64,000 nt of DNA from Dehalococcoidia bacterium (GTDB taxonomy: Bacteria; Chloroflexota; Dehalococcoidia; Plut-88900): NCBI GenBank assembly GCA_965197645.1, contig OZ240219.1, forward strand, positions 1,408,001-1,472,000, written 5' to 3'. A program made the position numbers and the translations under genes. How positions within the stretch are numbered: position 1 is the stretch's first letter; each line of letters opens with the position of its first letter. Below, one piece after another: positions 1 to 9,539 of the stretch. The notes beneath the pieces are model-generated. The model saw nothing but the letters and a program-made list of their open reading frames with translations. It was not told the origin of the DNA and did no database searches.

Positions 1-336
1 GGCGTAGATCTCGTCGGACTTGGCCGCCATGATGAAGTCGTTGCGGTGCAGGTTCCTGATCTTGTGGGTCCACCAGGTAACGGCCACCTTGCCGAACTCG
101 GTTGTGATGCGCGGGTGATGTCCTTCGGACTCGGCCAGTTTGCCTATCCCGTTGGTAAAGGCCAGGGCTGGGGAGAACCCCTGGAACCGAAATGTGCGCT
201 CCAGCTTTGGGATCTCGTCCTCAGTGACGAGGGCCCAGTCGGGCACCTGGGGACGCAGCTCGGCTATCTCCTCTTCGGTCACGCTGGGGGCGTCCCGCCG
301 GCAGGCGACGCACTTTTCCTGGACTAGCTGTGTCAT
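1..336 (-). CDS. phhB: Pterin-4a-carbinolamine dehydratase (3'-truncated by window edge)
   Basis: Not in ORF track. Manual translation MTQLVQEKCVACRRDAP...AESEGHHPRITTEFGKVAVTWWTHKIRNLHRNDFIMAAKSD shows the PCD motifs EGHHP, WTH and NDFIMAAK. Confidence 0.9.
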   Translation of the reverse strand, partial: MTQLVQEKCVACRRDAPSVTEEEIAELRPQVPDWALVTEDEIPKLERTFRFQGFSPALAFTNGIGKLAESEGHHPRITTEFGKVAVTWWTHKIRNLHRNDFIMAAKSDEIYA

Positions 337-433
337 GTGGACCTCTCGATCTAACCCTTGCGATGGAGTGCAGAGGTGTGTATATTACTGGACGGCCTGC
401 AGTATTTCCGTAGTAGCTCCGAGGTAGAGAGGC

Positions 434-628
434 ATGTCATACGTCGAGTCCGATAGCGTGGAAGCCGGCCTGAAATTCAAAAGCCCAAGCGGCCTGATAG
501 TCGAGACTACGGGCAGCACCAGCAATGTTGAAGCCCACAACATCTACGTCCACGAGGTGAAGATCCTCGAAGGCGATTATTCCGGGGAAACCTTTCTCCT
601 GAACCTGGACTACGCCGAGCTCCTGTAG
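434..628 (+). CDS. Small hypothetical protein (64 aa)
   Basis: GAGAGG RBS before ATG; host-like codon usage; fills the gap between neighbouring genes. Confidence 0.65.
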   Translation: MSYVESDSVEAGLKFKSPSGLIVETTGSTSNVEAHNIYVHEVKILEGDYSGETFLLNLDYAELL

Positions 629-648
629 CCCGGCGCAGCGCTCCTGCA

Positions 649-1509
649 TCAGCCTCGAGCCAGCGCCTCCTCCAAGGCTCTCCTGACCATCACGCCCCCC
701 ACCTCTTTCCGGTACTCCGCCGAGGCGTGCAAATCCGTTTCAGGGTCCAGAGCGACTTTGACCGCTTCTGAGGCCTCTTCTAAAGCGTCCTCATCCAGGA
801 CCCGGCCTTGAAGCTTGTCCTCAGCCTCTTCGACCCGGACGGGCGTCCCGTCCACGCCGAACAGGACGATCCTAGCGTCGGTGGCCGCCCGGTCGGAATT
901 GAGACCTGCCAGGGTCACCGCTCCCACCAGGGCGAAATCTCCGTGTCTGCGGGAGACCTCTTGAAAACCCCAGACCTCCTGCAAGGCCGGAAGCTGTATC
1001 TCCGTGATGAGCTCCGTCGGCTCGATGGAGGTGGTGAAATAGGTCAGGAACATCTCGCCGGCGTTGGCCACCCTCTGTCCCGAAGAGGAGCTTAGGACGA
1101 ACCGGGCGTCCATGGCGAGGCATAACGCGGGAAGCTCGGCTGCGGGATCGGCGTGTACCACACTGCCGCCTATGGTGCCCCTGTTGCGAATTTGAAAGTG
1201 GCCTACCTGGGACATCGCCTGGACTATCAGCGGGTTCTTCCGCTGGACGAGGGGCGACCGCTCCAAGGTCCTCTGCCGGGTCATCGAACCTATTTTGAGG
1301 CCGCCGTCATTGTCTTCTTCCACGTAGTCCAGCCCCGGCACCCGGTTGATATCGATGATCACCGATGGCCTGGAGAGGCGCATGTTCAACAGGGGCATCA
1401 GGCTCTGGCCTCCGGCCAGCACCTTGGCGTCGTCTCCGTGCTGTGCCAGGAGCTTCAGCGCCTCGTCCAGGGTTGTAGGAGCGTAGTAGTCGAACTTGGG
1501 AGGCTTCAT
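649..1509 (-). CDS. Xanthine dehydrogenase/CO dehydrogenase family FAD-binding medium subunit (CoxM/CutM-like)
   Basis: MKPPKFDYYAP, AGGQSLMP, RNRGTIGGS, ADPAAELP, RRHGDFA motifs. Confidence 0.9.
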   Translation of the reverse strand: MKPPKFDYYAPTTLDEALKLLAQHGDDAKVLAGGQSLMPLLNMRLSRPSVIIDINRVPGLDYVEEDNDGGLKIGSMTRQRTLERSPLVQRKNPLIVQAMSQVGHFQIRNRGTIGGSVVHADPAAELPALCLAMDARFVLSSSSGQRVANAGEMFLTYFTTSIEPTELITEIQLPALQEVWGFQEVSRRHGDFALVGAVTLAGLNSDRAATDARIVLFGVDGTPVRVEEAEDKLQGRVLDEDALEEASEAVKVALDPETDLHASAEYRKEVGGVMVRRALEEALARG

Positions 1510-1516
1510 CGTTATC

Positions 1517-1951
1517 CTATTTCAGCTCTTTTTCCAGGGCCGAGAAGAACTTTCCCGCCAGCATCTTGGCGACACCCCCCACCACCCGCTGCCCTACTCC
1601 AGCCAGGTTCCCACCGATCTGGGCATCCATCAGGTAACGAACCCTGGTATCGGCGCCTTCCGGCTCCAGAGATATTTGGCCGTCCGCCTTCATGAACCCC
1701 AAAGCTCCGGTCCCATCTACGGAGACCCTGTAGGAAGAGTCGGGGACTACATCGAAGATGCGGACCTCTCCATCGTACCTGCCCTTTACCGCGGCCACAC
1801 CCAGCTCCACGACAACCTTGTAGGTCGAATCGCCGGTGGGCTCCAGGAGCTGGCAGCCCGGTGTGCTTCTGGCCAGCACCTCGTGATCGTTGAGTGCGGC
1901 CCAGACCACGTCCGGCGGGCTTTTGACCAGCTTGTCGCCCTTTATCTCCAA
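1517..1951 (-). CDS. CoxG/SRPBCC family protein
   Basis: VWAALND..VL...PGC and IGGNLAGVGQR motifs; co-oriented upstream of the coxM-like gene. Confidence 0.85.
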   Translation of the reverse strand: MEIKGDKLVKSPPDVVWAALNDHEVLARSTPGCQLLEPTGDSTYKVVVELGVAAVKGRYDGEVRIFDVVPDSSYRVSVDGTGALGFMKADGQISLEPEGADTRVRYLMDAQIGGNLAGVGQRVVGGVAKMLAGKFFSALEKELK

Positions 1952-2121
1952 GGGAACCTCATGGTGAAATACGGCACAACGGATTGGGGGAATCGCCGGG
2001 CGATTATATCACAGGGTTTTCGGTTGACGCCCCAATGTCGTCGGCATAGACTGAACTCCGTGGCGCCGGGCGCCGAACAGCGCCCCGGGAAACCCAGATC
2101 ACTCACTCTAGGGAGGTCCCG

Positions 2122-3090
2122 ATGACCGGTATCGACTTCGACAAGCTGCCCAAATTCTCAGACTTGCCCGTGAAATCGGGCGTGCCTGCCGACTCCAACT
2201 GGGGCGTGTTCGGCGACGATGATGAGCTGGGCAGCCTCAACTTCCTAACCGAACCGGGAGTGGTAGAAGCGGCTCGCCTGGTCAGGAAGGGGAAGGTCTT
2301 CCGGCTGGACATGCCCATCGGCTACGCCAGCACCACTCTTTTCGAGAGGCCGGAAGCCCGACACACCATCGTCCCGTTCGAAGGCGAACTGGGCCACGAC
2401 GACCAGCTGGACAACTACAACACACAGGAAGGCACCCAGTGGGATGGCCTGGGACACCAGGGCGACCAAGATGCGGGCACTTTCTACAACGGGGTCAAGC
2501 AGGAGCAGATCAAGAGCGGCCCGGATGGCAAGCTGGGCATCCAGCTTTGGGCCAACAAGATGGTCGGGCGGGGCGTGCTCATAGATGCTTTCAAGTATCG
2601 CAACGACCAGGGCCGGTCCTTGGACCCCAGCCAGGCCGAATGGTATACGTTGGATGACCTTCAGGGCACGGTGAAGGCCCAGGGTGTTCAGCTCAAGCCC
2701 GGCGATATGCTGCTGGTCCGCACGGGTTGGATGCGGCGCTATATGGGCCTGTCCACCGGGGAAAAGGATGCCCTGGGAAACATAAGTGATCTCACAGCCT
2801 GCGGCATCGACTCTGCCAGGGAGGTCGCAGCGTGGTTATGGGACAACCGTGTCTCGGCCCTGGCCGCCGATTGTCCCTCCGTGGAGATCTGGCCTTTTAA
2901 CACGGAGCGGGGTCCGCTGCACGTACGGACCCTCGCCTGGCTGGGCCTGCCCCTGGGCGAACAGTTCAACCTGGAGGGCTTAGCCGCGGACAGCGATGAG
3001 GACGGCGTCTACGAGTCCATGGTGGTATCGGTGCCGCTGAACCTGGAGGGAGGCATCGCCTCGCCCCCCAACGCCGTTGCCATCAAATAA
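2122..3090 (+). CDS. Cyclase family (kynurenine formamidase-like) metallohydrolase
   Basis: WG.DDELG.LN, TQWDGLGH, GRGVLID, GDMLLVRTG, ASPPNAVAIK. Confidence 0.85.
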   Translation: MTGIDFDKLPKFSDLPVKSGVPADSNWGVFGDDDELGSLNFLTEPGVVEAARLVRKGKVFRLDMPIGYASTTLFERPEARHTIVPFEGELGHDDQLDNYNTQEGTQWDGLGHQGDQDAGTFYNGVKQEQIKSGPDGKLGIQLWANKMVGRGVLIDAFKYRNDQGRSLDPSQAEWYTLDDLQGTVKAQGVQLKPGDMLLVRTGWMRRYMGLSTGEKDALGNISDLTACGIDSAREVAAWLWDNRVSALAADCPSVEIWPFNTERGPLHVRTLAWLGLPLGEQFNLEGLAADSDEDGVYESMVVSVPLNLEGGIASPPNAVAIK

Positions 3091-3105
3091 CCCTACCCAC
3101 CGCGG

Positions 3106-4635
3106 ATGAGATACCTTTCAGGCCCATTCCCGTCTATCGTAGACAGCCGCCGGTACAAATGGTGGGCCTACGTATCCATCGCCGTTGGTCTGCTGGTGGT
3201 GGTGATGGACCAATCGGGCATGAACATCGCCATGCCCAAGGTCGCCGAAGAGTTCGATGCCGACATTCCTACCGTCCAGTGGGTCACTCTCAGCTATATA
3301 CTCAGCATCAGCGCTCTACTCATGCCCCTGGGACGTCTCGCTGACATCCTGGGCCGGCGGCGGGTGTATCTTGCCGGCTTCCTGGTGTTCATCGGCGGCG
3401 CTATTGTCGGGGGTACCGCCCCCTCCTTCCCCGTCCTGCTCGTAGCCAAGATCGTCCAGGGGATAGGTTCGGCCGGGGTCCAGGCCAACGGCCTCGCCAT
3501 CGTTACCGAGTCCTTCCCCGAACGAGAGCGAGGCAAGGCGCTGGGCCTGTACACCAGCGTCGTGGGCGGCGGACTCATCATGGGTCCCGCCGTCGGCGGA
3601 GTGCTGATCAGCGCCTTCGACTGGAGGGCCGTGTTCTATGCCAGCATCATCGCTGGATTCGGGGCCTGGGGAGTGGCCCACGCCTCGCTGCTGGGCTCTC
3701 AAAATTCGGGGGCAGACCAACCCAAACGGCTCAACTTCGATTGGGGTGGCGCCGTCCTCTCCTCCGGGATGCTGGCCACCTTTTTGTTGGGCTTGAGCAA
3801 CTCCCATCGCCTGGGATGGGGTTCAGCGCCCGTGGTCACCAGTCTTCTCGCTGCCGCGGCCCTCTTCCTGCTGTTCATCTGGTGGCAGCGACGCACCAGC
3901 GATCCGATGTTGGACCTGGGCCTGTTCCGGAGCAAGAACTTCTCGCTGGGCGTGTCCACCCGGTTCATACAGTTTTTGGCCAACTCGGCCGTCATCTTCC
4001 TGATGCCCTTCTACCTGATCCAGGTGCTGGACTTCGAACCGAACAGAGCGGGGCTCATGGTCATGCCCTACGCGTTCGGCATGGGCCTGACCTCCCCCTT
4101 CAGCGGCCGCATCTCCGATAGGTACGGTACCAGGTGGATCAGCGTCGTGGGGATGGGATTTTCCGCTTCGTCCTTGTTCATCTTCTCCCAGCTGACCCCC
4201 GACTCATCGACCACGCACGTGATCATAGGTATGCTCTTGGGCGGAATGGGAATGGGCACCTTCTCCTCGGCCAACTCCGCGGCGATCATGGGGTCTCAGA
4301 GCCGGGAGAAGTACAGCATAGTCGCCGCCTTCCAGAACCTGATCAGGAACTCGGCCAACGTCACTGGGGTGGCCCTGGCGACCACCATAGTCAGCTTTAC
4401 CATGGGAGACTACGGCTACGAACCCAGCCTGGCCAGCGTAGCGGACAGCGAGGACATCGGTGTGAGGGTAGCCTTTGTCGCCGGGCTGAACAGGGCCTTC
4501 ATGATCTCCGGTGGGCTGATGGTGCTGGGCCTCGTGCTCTCCTCGCTGCACGGCCACCAGCGCAAGGAGATGGAGCGGCCCGACCAGCCCATTGCCCGAC
4601 CCGCCGCCTCGCCACCCGTGGCGACAAAGCACTGA
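3106..4635 (+). CDS. MFS transporter, DHA2 (14-TM) family
   Basis: GRLADILGRRR motif A, ERGKALG, GPAVGG motif C, many TM segments. Confidence 0.9.
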   Translation: MRYLSGPFPSIVDSRRYKWWAYVSIAVGLLVVVMDQSGMNIAMPKVAEEFDADIPTVQWVTLSYILSISALLMPLGRLADILGRRRVYLAGFLVFIGGAIVGGTAPSFPVLLVAKIVQGIGSAGVQANGLAIVTESFPERERGKALGLYTSVVGGGLIMGPAVGGVLISAFDWRAVFYASIIAGFGAWGVAHASLLGSQNSGADQPKRLNFDWGGAVLSSGMLATFLLGLSNSHRLGWGSAPVVTSLLAAAALFLLFIWWQRRTSDPMLDLGLFRSKNFSLGVSTRFIQFLANSAVIFLMPFYLIQVLDFEPNRAGLMVMPYAFGMGLTSPFSGRISDRYGTRWISVVGMGFSASSLFIFSQLTPDSSTTHVIIGMLLGGMGMGTFSSANSAAIMGSQSREKYSIVAAFQNLIRNSANVTGVALATTIVSFTMGDYGYEPSLASVADSEDIGVRVAFVAGLNRAFMISGGLMVLGLVLSSLHGHQRKEMERPDQPIARPAASPPVATKH

Positions 4636-4664
4636 TCGATATCATCCGCTGAGGAGAACCAGAC

Positions 4665-5801
4665 ATGGAACAGGGAACATCCCCGGACGTTTTCAAGGAG
4701 TTGGGAGTCAGGCGGGTCATCAACGCCGTCGGAACCGCCACAATCCTGGGCGGCACAGTCCTTTCCCCGGAGATGCAGGGGGCGATGGACCAGGCGAACA
4801 ACACCTTCGTCAGCATGGAGGACCTGCTGGATAGGGCCGGCCGGAGCATCGCCGAGCAGCTGGGCGTGGAGGCGGCTTACGTTACCTCCGGCTGCTTCGC
4901 GGCGATGGCCCTCAGCGCAGCGGGAGCAATGACGGGCGACAGCCTGGAGGCCAGGGTGCAGTTGCCCGATACCACCGGCCTCAGGAACGAGTTCCTAATC
5001 CCGCACAAGATGAGATACCGGTACGACCGCGCGGTCACCGTCCCGGGAGGCAAATTGCTGTCCGTAGGAGACGCTCACGGAACATCCAGGGACCAGCTAT
5101 CTGACGCCATCGGGGATTCCACGGCCGGGGTCCTGTTTCCAGCTCACCTGGACGGCACGGAGGATACCGTGACCCTGGAGGAGGTGATTGCCATTGCCCA
5201 CGATAGGGGAACTCCGGTGATAGTGGACGCCGCCTACCAGGTCTACCCCAACAGTCACATGATGGACGTAGTGGCATCGGGGGCCGACGCTCTGTGCTTC
5301 AGTGCCAAGTACATGGGTGGTCCCAACTCGGTCGGGTTCGTCTGCGGCAAGAGGGAGCTTATCGAGGCCGCCAGCTTGAATGGGTTCGTGGCTTATGAGA
5401 AGGAAGACAACCTGTGCTTCGGTCGTGGATACAAGCTGGACCGACAGGAGGTAGCCGCGCTGATCGTGACCCTTCGGGAGTGGTTCAAGCTTGACCACGA
5501 TGAGGACTTACGACGGCAGGAGTTGAGGTGCCAGGTGATAGCCGAGGCGCTGAGCGGCCTGCCTCACGTCAGGGCGGAGCAGATGCAGGAGAAGGGTCTG
5601 CCCTGGATTGTCTTCGAGATCACCCTGGACGAGGTCGCGCTGGGCAGGACTATAGGCGAGGTACAGCAGACCCTGAAGGACGGCGATCCATCCATCTGGA
5701 CGAGGGCCGAGGACGGCTACCTGTACGTGGCCTCCAACATGCTGGAAGACGGCGAGGAGCACGTGGTCGCAGAGCGGCTCAGGGAAGTGCTTTCCAGCTA
5801 G
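4665..5801 (+). CDS. SelA-like/DgaE-like PLP-dependent enzyme
   Basis: VINAVGTATILGG, PVIVDAA, FSAKYMGGP (PLP lysine), GRGYKLDRQE. Confidence 0.8.
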   Translation: MEQGTSPDVFKELGVRRVINAVGTATILGGTVLSPEMQGAMDQANNTFVSMEDLLDRAGRSIAEQLGVEAAYVTSGCFAAMALSAAGAMTGDSLEARVQLPDTTGLRNEFLIPHKMRYRYDRAVTVPGGKLLSVGDAHGTSRDQLSDAIGDSTAGVLFPAHLDGTEDTVTLEEVIAIAHDRGTPVIVDAAYQVYPNSHMMDVVASGADALCFSAKYMGGPNSVGFVCGKRELIEAASLNGFVAYEKEDNLCFGRGYKLDRQEVAALIVTLREWFKLDHDEDLRRQELRCQVIAEALSGLPHVRAEQMQEKGLPWIVFEITLDEVALGRTIGEVQQTLKDGDPSIWTRAEDGYLYVASNMLEDGEEHVVAERLREVLSS

Positions 5802-5928
5802 ACGTACCGCGCCCTATTGTTTCGATGAACGGCCGGCGAACAAGGCGGTTCACCGGCCGCCGTCGGAACCTTGTCTTCATTCCCTAAGGCCTGTACGCAT
5901 TGTGACCACGCCACCTACGCAGCTTGGA

Positions 5929-6105
5929 TGTCATTCCGAACGCAGTGAGGAATCTAAGGGGATGGTAGGCAGTCGCAGCCCGATTCTGGCGGCGTCCCCA
6001 TAATCGCTGGTTTGCGCCTATGAGCCGATGGTTCCCCTGCGCCCGGTAGGCTGGGGACATAGGCTATAGATTCCTCACTCTGTTGCGCTCCGTTTCGGAA
6101 TGACA
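5929..6105. repeat. TGTC-tagged REP doublet (REPIN-like inverted pair)
   Basis: TGTCATTCCGAA-CGC-AGTGAGGAATCTA at 5929-5956 is complementary to TAGATTCCTCACT...TTCGGAATGACA at 6067-6105; lies between convergent genes. Confidence 0.75.
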
Positions 6106-6130
6106 CTGGAGAACAGAGCGTGAACAGACA

Positions 6131-7219
6131 CTAATCGTATCTGATGATGCCTCGCGCTACCTCACCGGACTCCAACGCCGCGAACCCTTCGTTTATCTCG
6201 TCCAGCGTGAAGACCTTCGTCACCAGCTCGTCCAGCTTTAGCTTGCCCGCCTTGTAGAGCTCTATCAGCTTCGGCATGAACAGTCTCACTCTGGACGACC
6301 CATAGTGGCACCCCACCATCTCCGCCTCCTCCCACAGCATCCTTCCTGGGAAGGTGATCTTATCCTGGAAGGGGGACTGGCCTACTATAACCGCCTTTCC
6401 TCCCTTGCATACACTGGCCAGCGCTTGCACCGATACTTTGGTGTCGCCGATGGCCTCGAATGCGTACTGCACACCCCTCCCTTCGGTCAGCCTCTTTATC
6501 GCCTCTATCGGGTCCTCCTCCAGTGCGTTTATGGTGTGTGTAGCCCCGAACTCTCGAGCATACGCCAGCTTGTTCTCCTTTATGTCCACCGCGATGAGCG
6601 GGTCGGCCCCCGAAAGAGCGGCCCCTTGTATCACGTTCAACCCCACACCTCCCGTACCGAATACCGCCACGCTCTCACCGCCGCCCACCTTGGCAGTGTT
6701 CAGGGCCGCTCCCACTCCGGTGGGCACGGCACACCCAACCAGCGATGCCTTGTCCAGGGGTACATCATCGGAAATCGGGATCACCGCCTCCTCGGCTACC
6801 ACGGCGTGGGCGGCGAATGTGGACAGGCCTGCGTAGCAGTTTATCCGCTGCGAGCCCTTGTGAAACTTGGATTCTGGGAACTTGGGGTTCTCGCATAGGA
6901 CGGGCCTACCCCTGATGCAGTAATAGCACTTCCCGCAGTTGGGATGGAAGGAGAGAATGGCCGGTGTGCCCGGCTCGAGCGACGTGACCCCGGGGCCGAC
7001 CTCCTGCACCACCGCCGAGCCCTCGTGGCCCAGCACCAGCGGCAGATCTCCGTTGCCGCTTCCCACCCACTCGCCTCGCCACTCTCGGAGGTCGCTATGG
7101 CATATTCCGCTGCCGGCCATTTTGATCAGCACCTCGCCCGGGCCTGGGGGGTCCAGCTCCAACTCCTCAACTACCAGGGGTGCATTGTACTCGTACGCCA
7201 CGGCGGCTCTGGTCTTCAT
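6131..7219 (-). CDS. Zn-dependent alcohol dehydrogenase (class III/FDH-like)
   Basis: GICHSD, GHEG, CGKCYYC-x7-C, GTGGVG. Confidence 0.92.
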   Translation of the reverse strand: MKTRAAVAYEYNAPLVVEELELDPPGPGEVLIKMAGSGICHSDLREWRGEWVGSGNGDLPLVLGHEGSAVVQEVGPGVTSLEPGTPAILSFHPNCGKCYYCIRGRPVLCENPKFPESKFHKGSQRINCYAGLSTFAAHAVVAEEAVIPISDDVPLDKASLVGCAVPTGVGAALNTAKVGGGESVAVFGTGGVGLNVIQGAALSGADPLIAVDIKENKLAYAREFGATHTINALEEDPIEAIKRLTEGRGVQYAFEAIGDTKVSVQALASVCKGGKAVIVGQSPFQDKITFPGRMLWEEAEMVGCHYGSSRVRLFMPKLIELYKAGKLKLDELVTKVFTLDEINEGFAALESGEVARGIIRYD

Positions 7220-7325
7220 TGTCTCCTCCTTTTTTGGGGTCTCTTCGGGTTCACCTAGGATTATAACGTTGACAGGCCACTTTGCCCATTCTTACAATGT
7301 GCGGAGCAAAGGAGAAGCTCGACCG

Positions 7326-7691
7326 ATGGACAGGCAAGCAGAGGAGGCTCTGAAAAAGGACCTGGTTATAGACATCACGACGAAGGGCCGAAAGACGGGA
7401 CAGCCTCGTAGGGTCGAGATATGGTTCCACAACCTCGATGGCCGCTTGTACATCACGGGGGCCCCGGGACGAAGGCACTGGCTGGCCAACCTGGTCACCA
7501 ATCCCCATTTCACCTTTCACCTCAAGGACAGCGCCCAGGCGGACCTACCCGCCAGGGCCAGACCTATATTCGAGGAACAAGAGCGTCGAGATGTTCTCAC
7601 GACAATCGTCAATAAGCTTGGCAACGAATCGGGCTTGGAGGAACGGTTGAACAGCGCCCCGCTAATCGAAGTCGAGCTACAAACGAGCTAG
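7326..7691 (+). CDS. Nitroreductase-family deazaflavin(F420)-dependent oxidoreductase (DUF385/Ddn-like)
   Basis: ITTKGRKTGQPRRVEIWF and WLANLVTNP motifs; start set at ATG 7326 after AGGAG. Confidence 0.8.
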   Translation: MDRQAEEALKKDLVIDITTKGRKTGQPRRVEIWFHNLDGRLYITGAPGRRHWLANLVTNPHFTFHLKDSAQADLPARARPIFEEQERRDVLTTIVNKLGNESGLEERLNSAPLIEVELQTS

Positions 7692-7740
7692 CAGCCCATT
7701 CGGTAAGATATACTCTGATGGGAAATAGGGAGGTGCAGCA

Positions 7741-7974
7741 GTGGCTGGTACCGGAGACATTCCCGACTCCGTCAAACTAACCGCCGATCAGGAGAAGGAA
7801 GGCTATTGGGTACAGGAGACCTTCGGCAACCTGCAGGTCTGGCACCACAAGAACCAGATAGCCCTGCTGATGATCAGCGACGACATTAATCAGAAGGTGC
7901 ACGACGTCATAGACAGGAGGCGCAAGGACCTGCAGGACGTCTTCGAAAAGACCGGTTGGAAACCCGAGGAATAG
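7741..7974 (+). CDS. Hypothetical protein (77 aa)
   Basis: GGAGGTG RBS, GTG start, GC3-rich codons. Confidence 0.7.
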   Translation: MAGTGDIPDSVKLTADQEKEGYWVQETFGNLQVWHHKNQIALLMISDDINQKVHDVIDRRRKDLQDVFEKTGWKPEE

Positions 7975-8030
7975 GTACCGGACCCATCGCCTCAGGAATA
8001 GGCCTCAGTCCCTTATACAAGAGACCCGCT

Positions 8031-8240
8031 ATGCCCATATACGAATACTACTGTCCCAAGTGCAAACTCGAGTTCGACCTGAGGAGGCCGATGAGCGAGT
8101 CCAACTCCTCGGCCGCGTGCCCCTCTTGTGGGGGGGACAGCCAGAAGCTGGTCTCGGCCCACGCCTCTAAGGTAGACCACGCAATGAAAGTCCCTCGCAG
8201 ACCCGCTATCCGCCCTCACTCCCAGCAGAGAAGCGACTAG
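8031..8240 (+). CDS. FmdB-family zinc-ribbon protein
   Basis: MPIYEYYCPKC...ACPSCGG...KLVS signature. Confidence 0.85.
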   Translation: MPIYEYYCPKCKLEFDLRRPMSESNSSAACPSCGGDSQKLVSAHASKVDHAMKVPRRPAIRPHSQQRSD

Positions 8241-8262
8241 GAACAGAACGAAAGGTGGCATC

Positions 8263-8430
8263 GTGGTAAAGATCACCGGCAGGAAGATTTACTGCTCCAA
8301 CTGCAAGAAGCTGGTCAAGAGCAACGAGCAGAAGGGCGAAGCCGTTAACTCCGTCCTGTGCCGCACGTGCAGCAAGACCCTCTACGAATGGGACGGCCTG
8401 TCCTGGAAGTACGTGGGAGGGAGCGCGTAG
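8263..8430 (+). CDS. Small zinc-ribbon protein (55 aa), below ORF-track cutoff
   Basis: MVKITGRKIYCSNCKK...VLCRTCSKTLYEWDGLSWKYVGGSA; two CxxC; AAAGGTGG RBS; TAG overlaps the dnaJ GTG. Confidence 0.75.
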   Translation: MVKITGRKIYCSNCKKLVKSNEQKGEAVNSVLCRTCSKTLYEWDGLSWKYVGGSA

Positions 8431-9539
8431 TGGCCAAAAGGGACTACTACGAAGTCCTGGAGATAGACCGCGGCGTAGACCAGGCCTCCATCAAGAAAGC
8501 GTATCGGGGCCTGGCCATGAAGTACCACCCCGATAGGAATCCCGGGGATGACCATGCCGCCGAGCGGATGAAGGAGATCAACGAGGCCTACGCCGTTCTC
8601 TCCGATGCCCAGAAGCGCCAGCTCTACGACGCCTACGGCCATTCCGGTCTTGAAGGCTACACCCAGGAAGACATACTCAGAAACGTCGATTTCTCCAACA
8701 TATTCCGGGAATCCGGCCTGGGCGACATCTTCGGTTTCGGCGGCACCCCCTTCGACGGCATTTTCGGCAGGAGCTCCACCCGCCAGAGGTCGAGCGGTAA
8801 GGGAGCAGACCTGAGGTACGACCTCACCGTTACCCTGGAGGAGGTGGCCTCCGGCGAAGAGAAGACCGTTGCTTTCACCAGGGAATCGGCCTGCCCCGGC
8901 TGCCGAGGCACAGGCGCCGAAGCAGGAGGACTGAAGGGATGCGATGCCTGCCGGGGCTCCGGCCAGGAGGTCCGGGAGCACAGGTCAGGTTTCACCGTGA
9001 TCCGGCAGGTGACCACGTGCAGCGCCTGCAGCGGCAACGGAAGCGTTGTGACCGAAAGCTGCGGCACCTGCGATGGGACAGCCACCATTGAAGAGGACTG
9101 CGAGATCAAGGTCGGGGTCCCTCCCGGCGCCACCGATGGTCATCCCGTCAGGGTCGCGGGGGAGGGGCAACGGGGCCCGGACCTGTCCGGTGATCTGTAC
9201 GTTGTCTTGCACGTCGAGGACCATCCTCTCTTCGAGAGGAGAGGGGATGACATCCTTCTCCGCAAGGACATCGCCATGATCGACGCCGCTCTGGGAGCTC
9301 GGATGGAGGTCCCCAGCCTGAACGGCGGCTCTCACGTCGACATTCCGGAGGGGACCCAGACCGGGACCGTGTTCCAGCTGAAGGGCAAGGGGATACCTCA
9401 CCTGGACGGCTACGGCACCGGCGACGAATACGTCGTCGTCAACGTCGTCACTCCGACCGACCTGAGTTCAGGCGAGCGTCGGCTTCTGGAAGAACTCAGG
9501 GACATCTGGGCCGAGTCCGGAGGAGATGAAGATGAATAA
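8430..9539 (+). CDS. dnaJ: Chaperone DnaJ (class A)
   Basis: J domain with HPD, G/F region, four CxxCxGxG-type repeats (last one degenerate), C-terminal domain; GTG start after GGAGG. Confidence 0.92.
   Translation: MAKRDYYEVLEIDRGVDQASIKKAYRGLAMKYHPDRNPGDDHAAERMKEINEAYAVLSDAQKRQLYDAYGHSGLEGYTQEDILRNVDFSNIFRESGLGDIFGFGGTPFDGIFGRSSTRQRSSGKGADLRYDLTVTLEEVASGEEKTVAFTRESACPGCRGTGAEAGGLKGCDACRGSGQEVREHRSGFTVIRQVTTCSACSGNGSVVTESCGTCDGTATIEEDCEIKVGVPPGATDGHPVRVAGEGQRGPDLSGDLYVVLHVEDHPLFERRGDDILLRKDIAMIDAALGARMEVPSLNGGSHVDIPEGTQTGTVFQLKGKGIPHLDGYGTGDEYVVVNVVTPTDLSSGERRLLEELRDIWAESGGDEDE

Noticed and set aside
4665-5801. Selenocysteine synthase call
   Set aside because: Too short for SelA; no selB, selC or selD, and no in-frame UGA selenoprotein seen in the window
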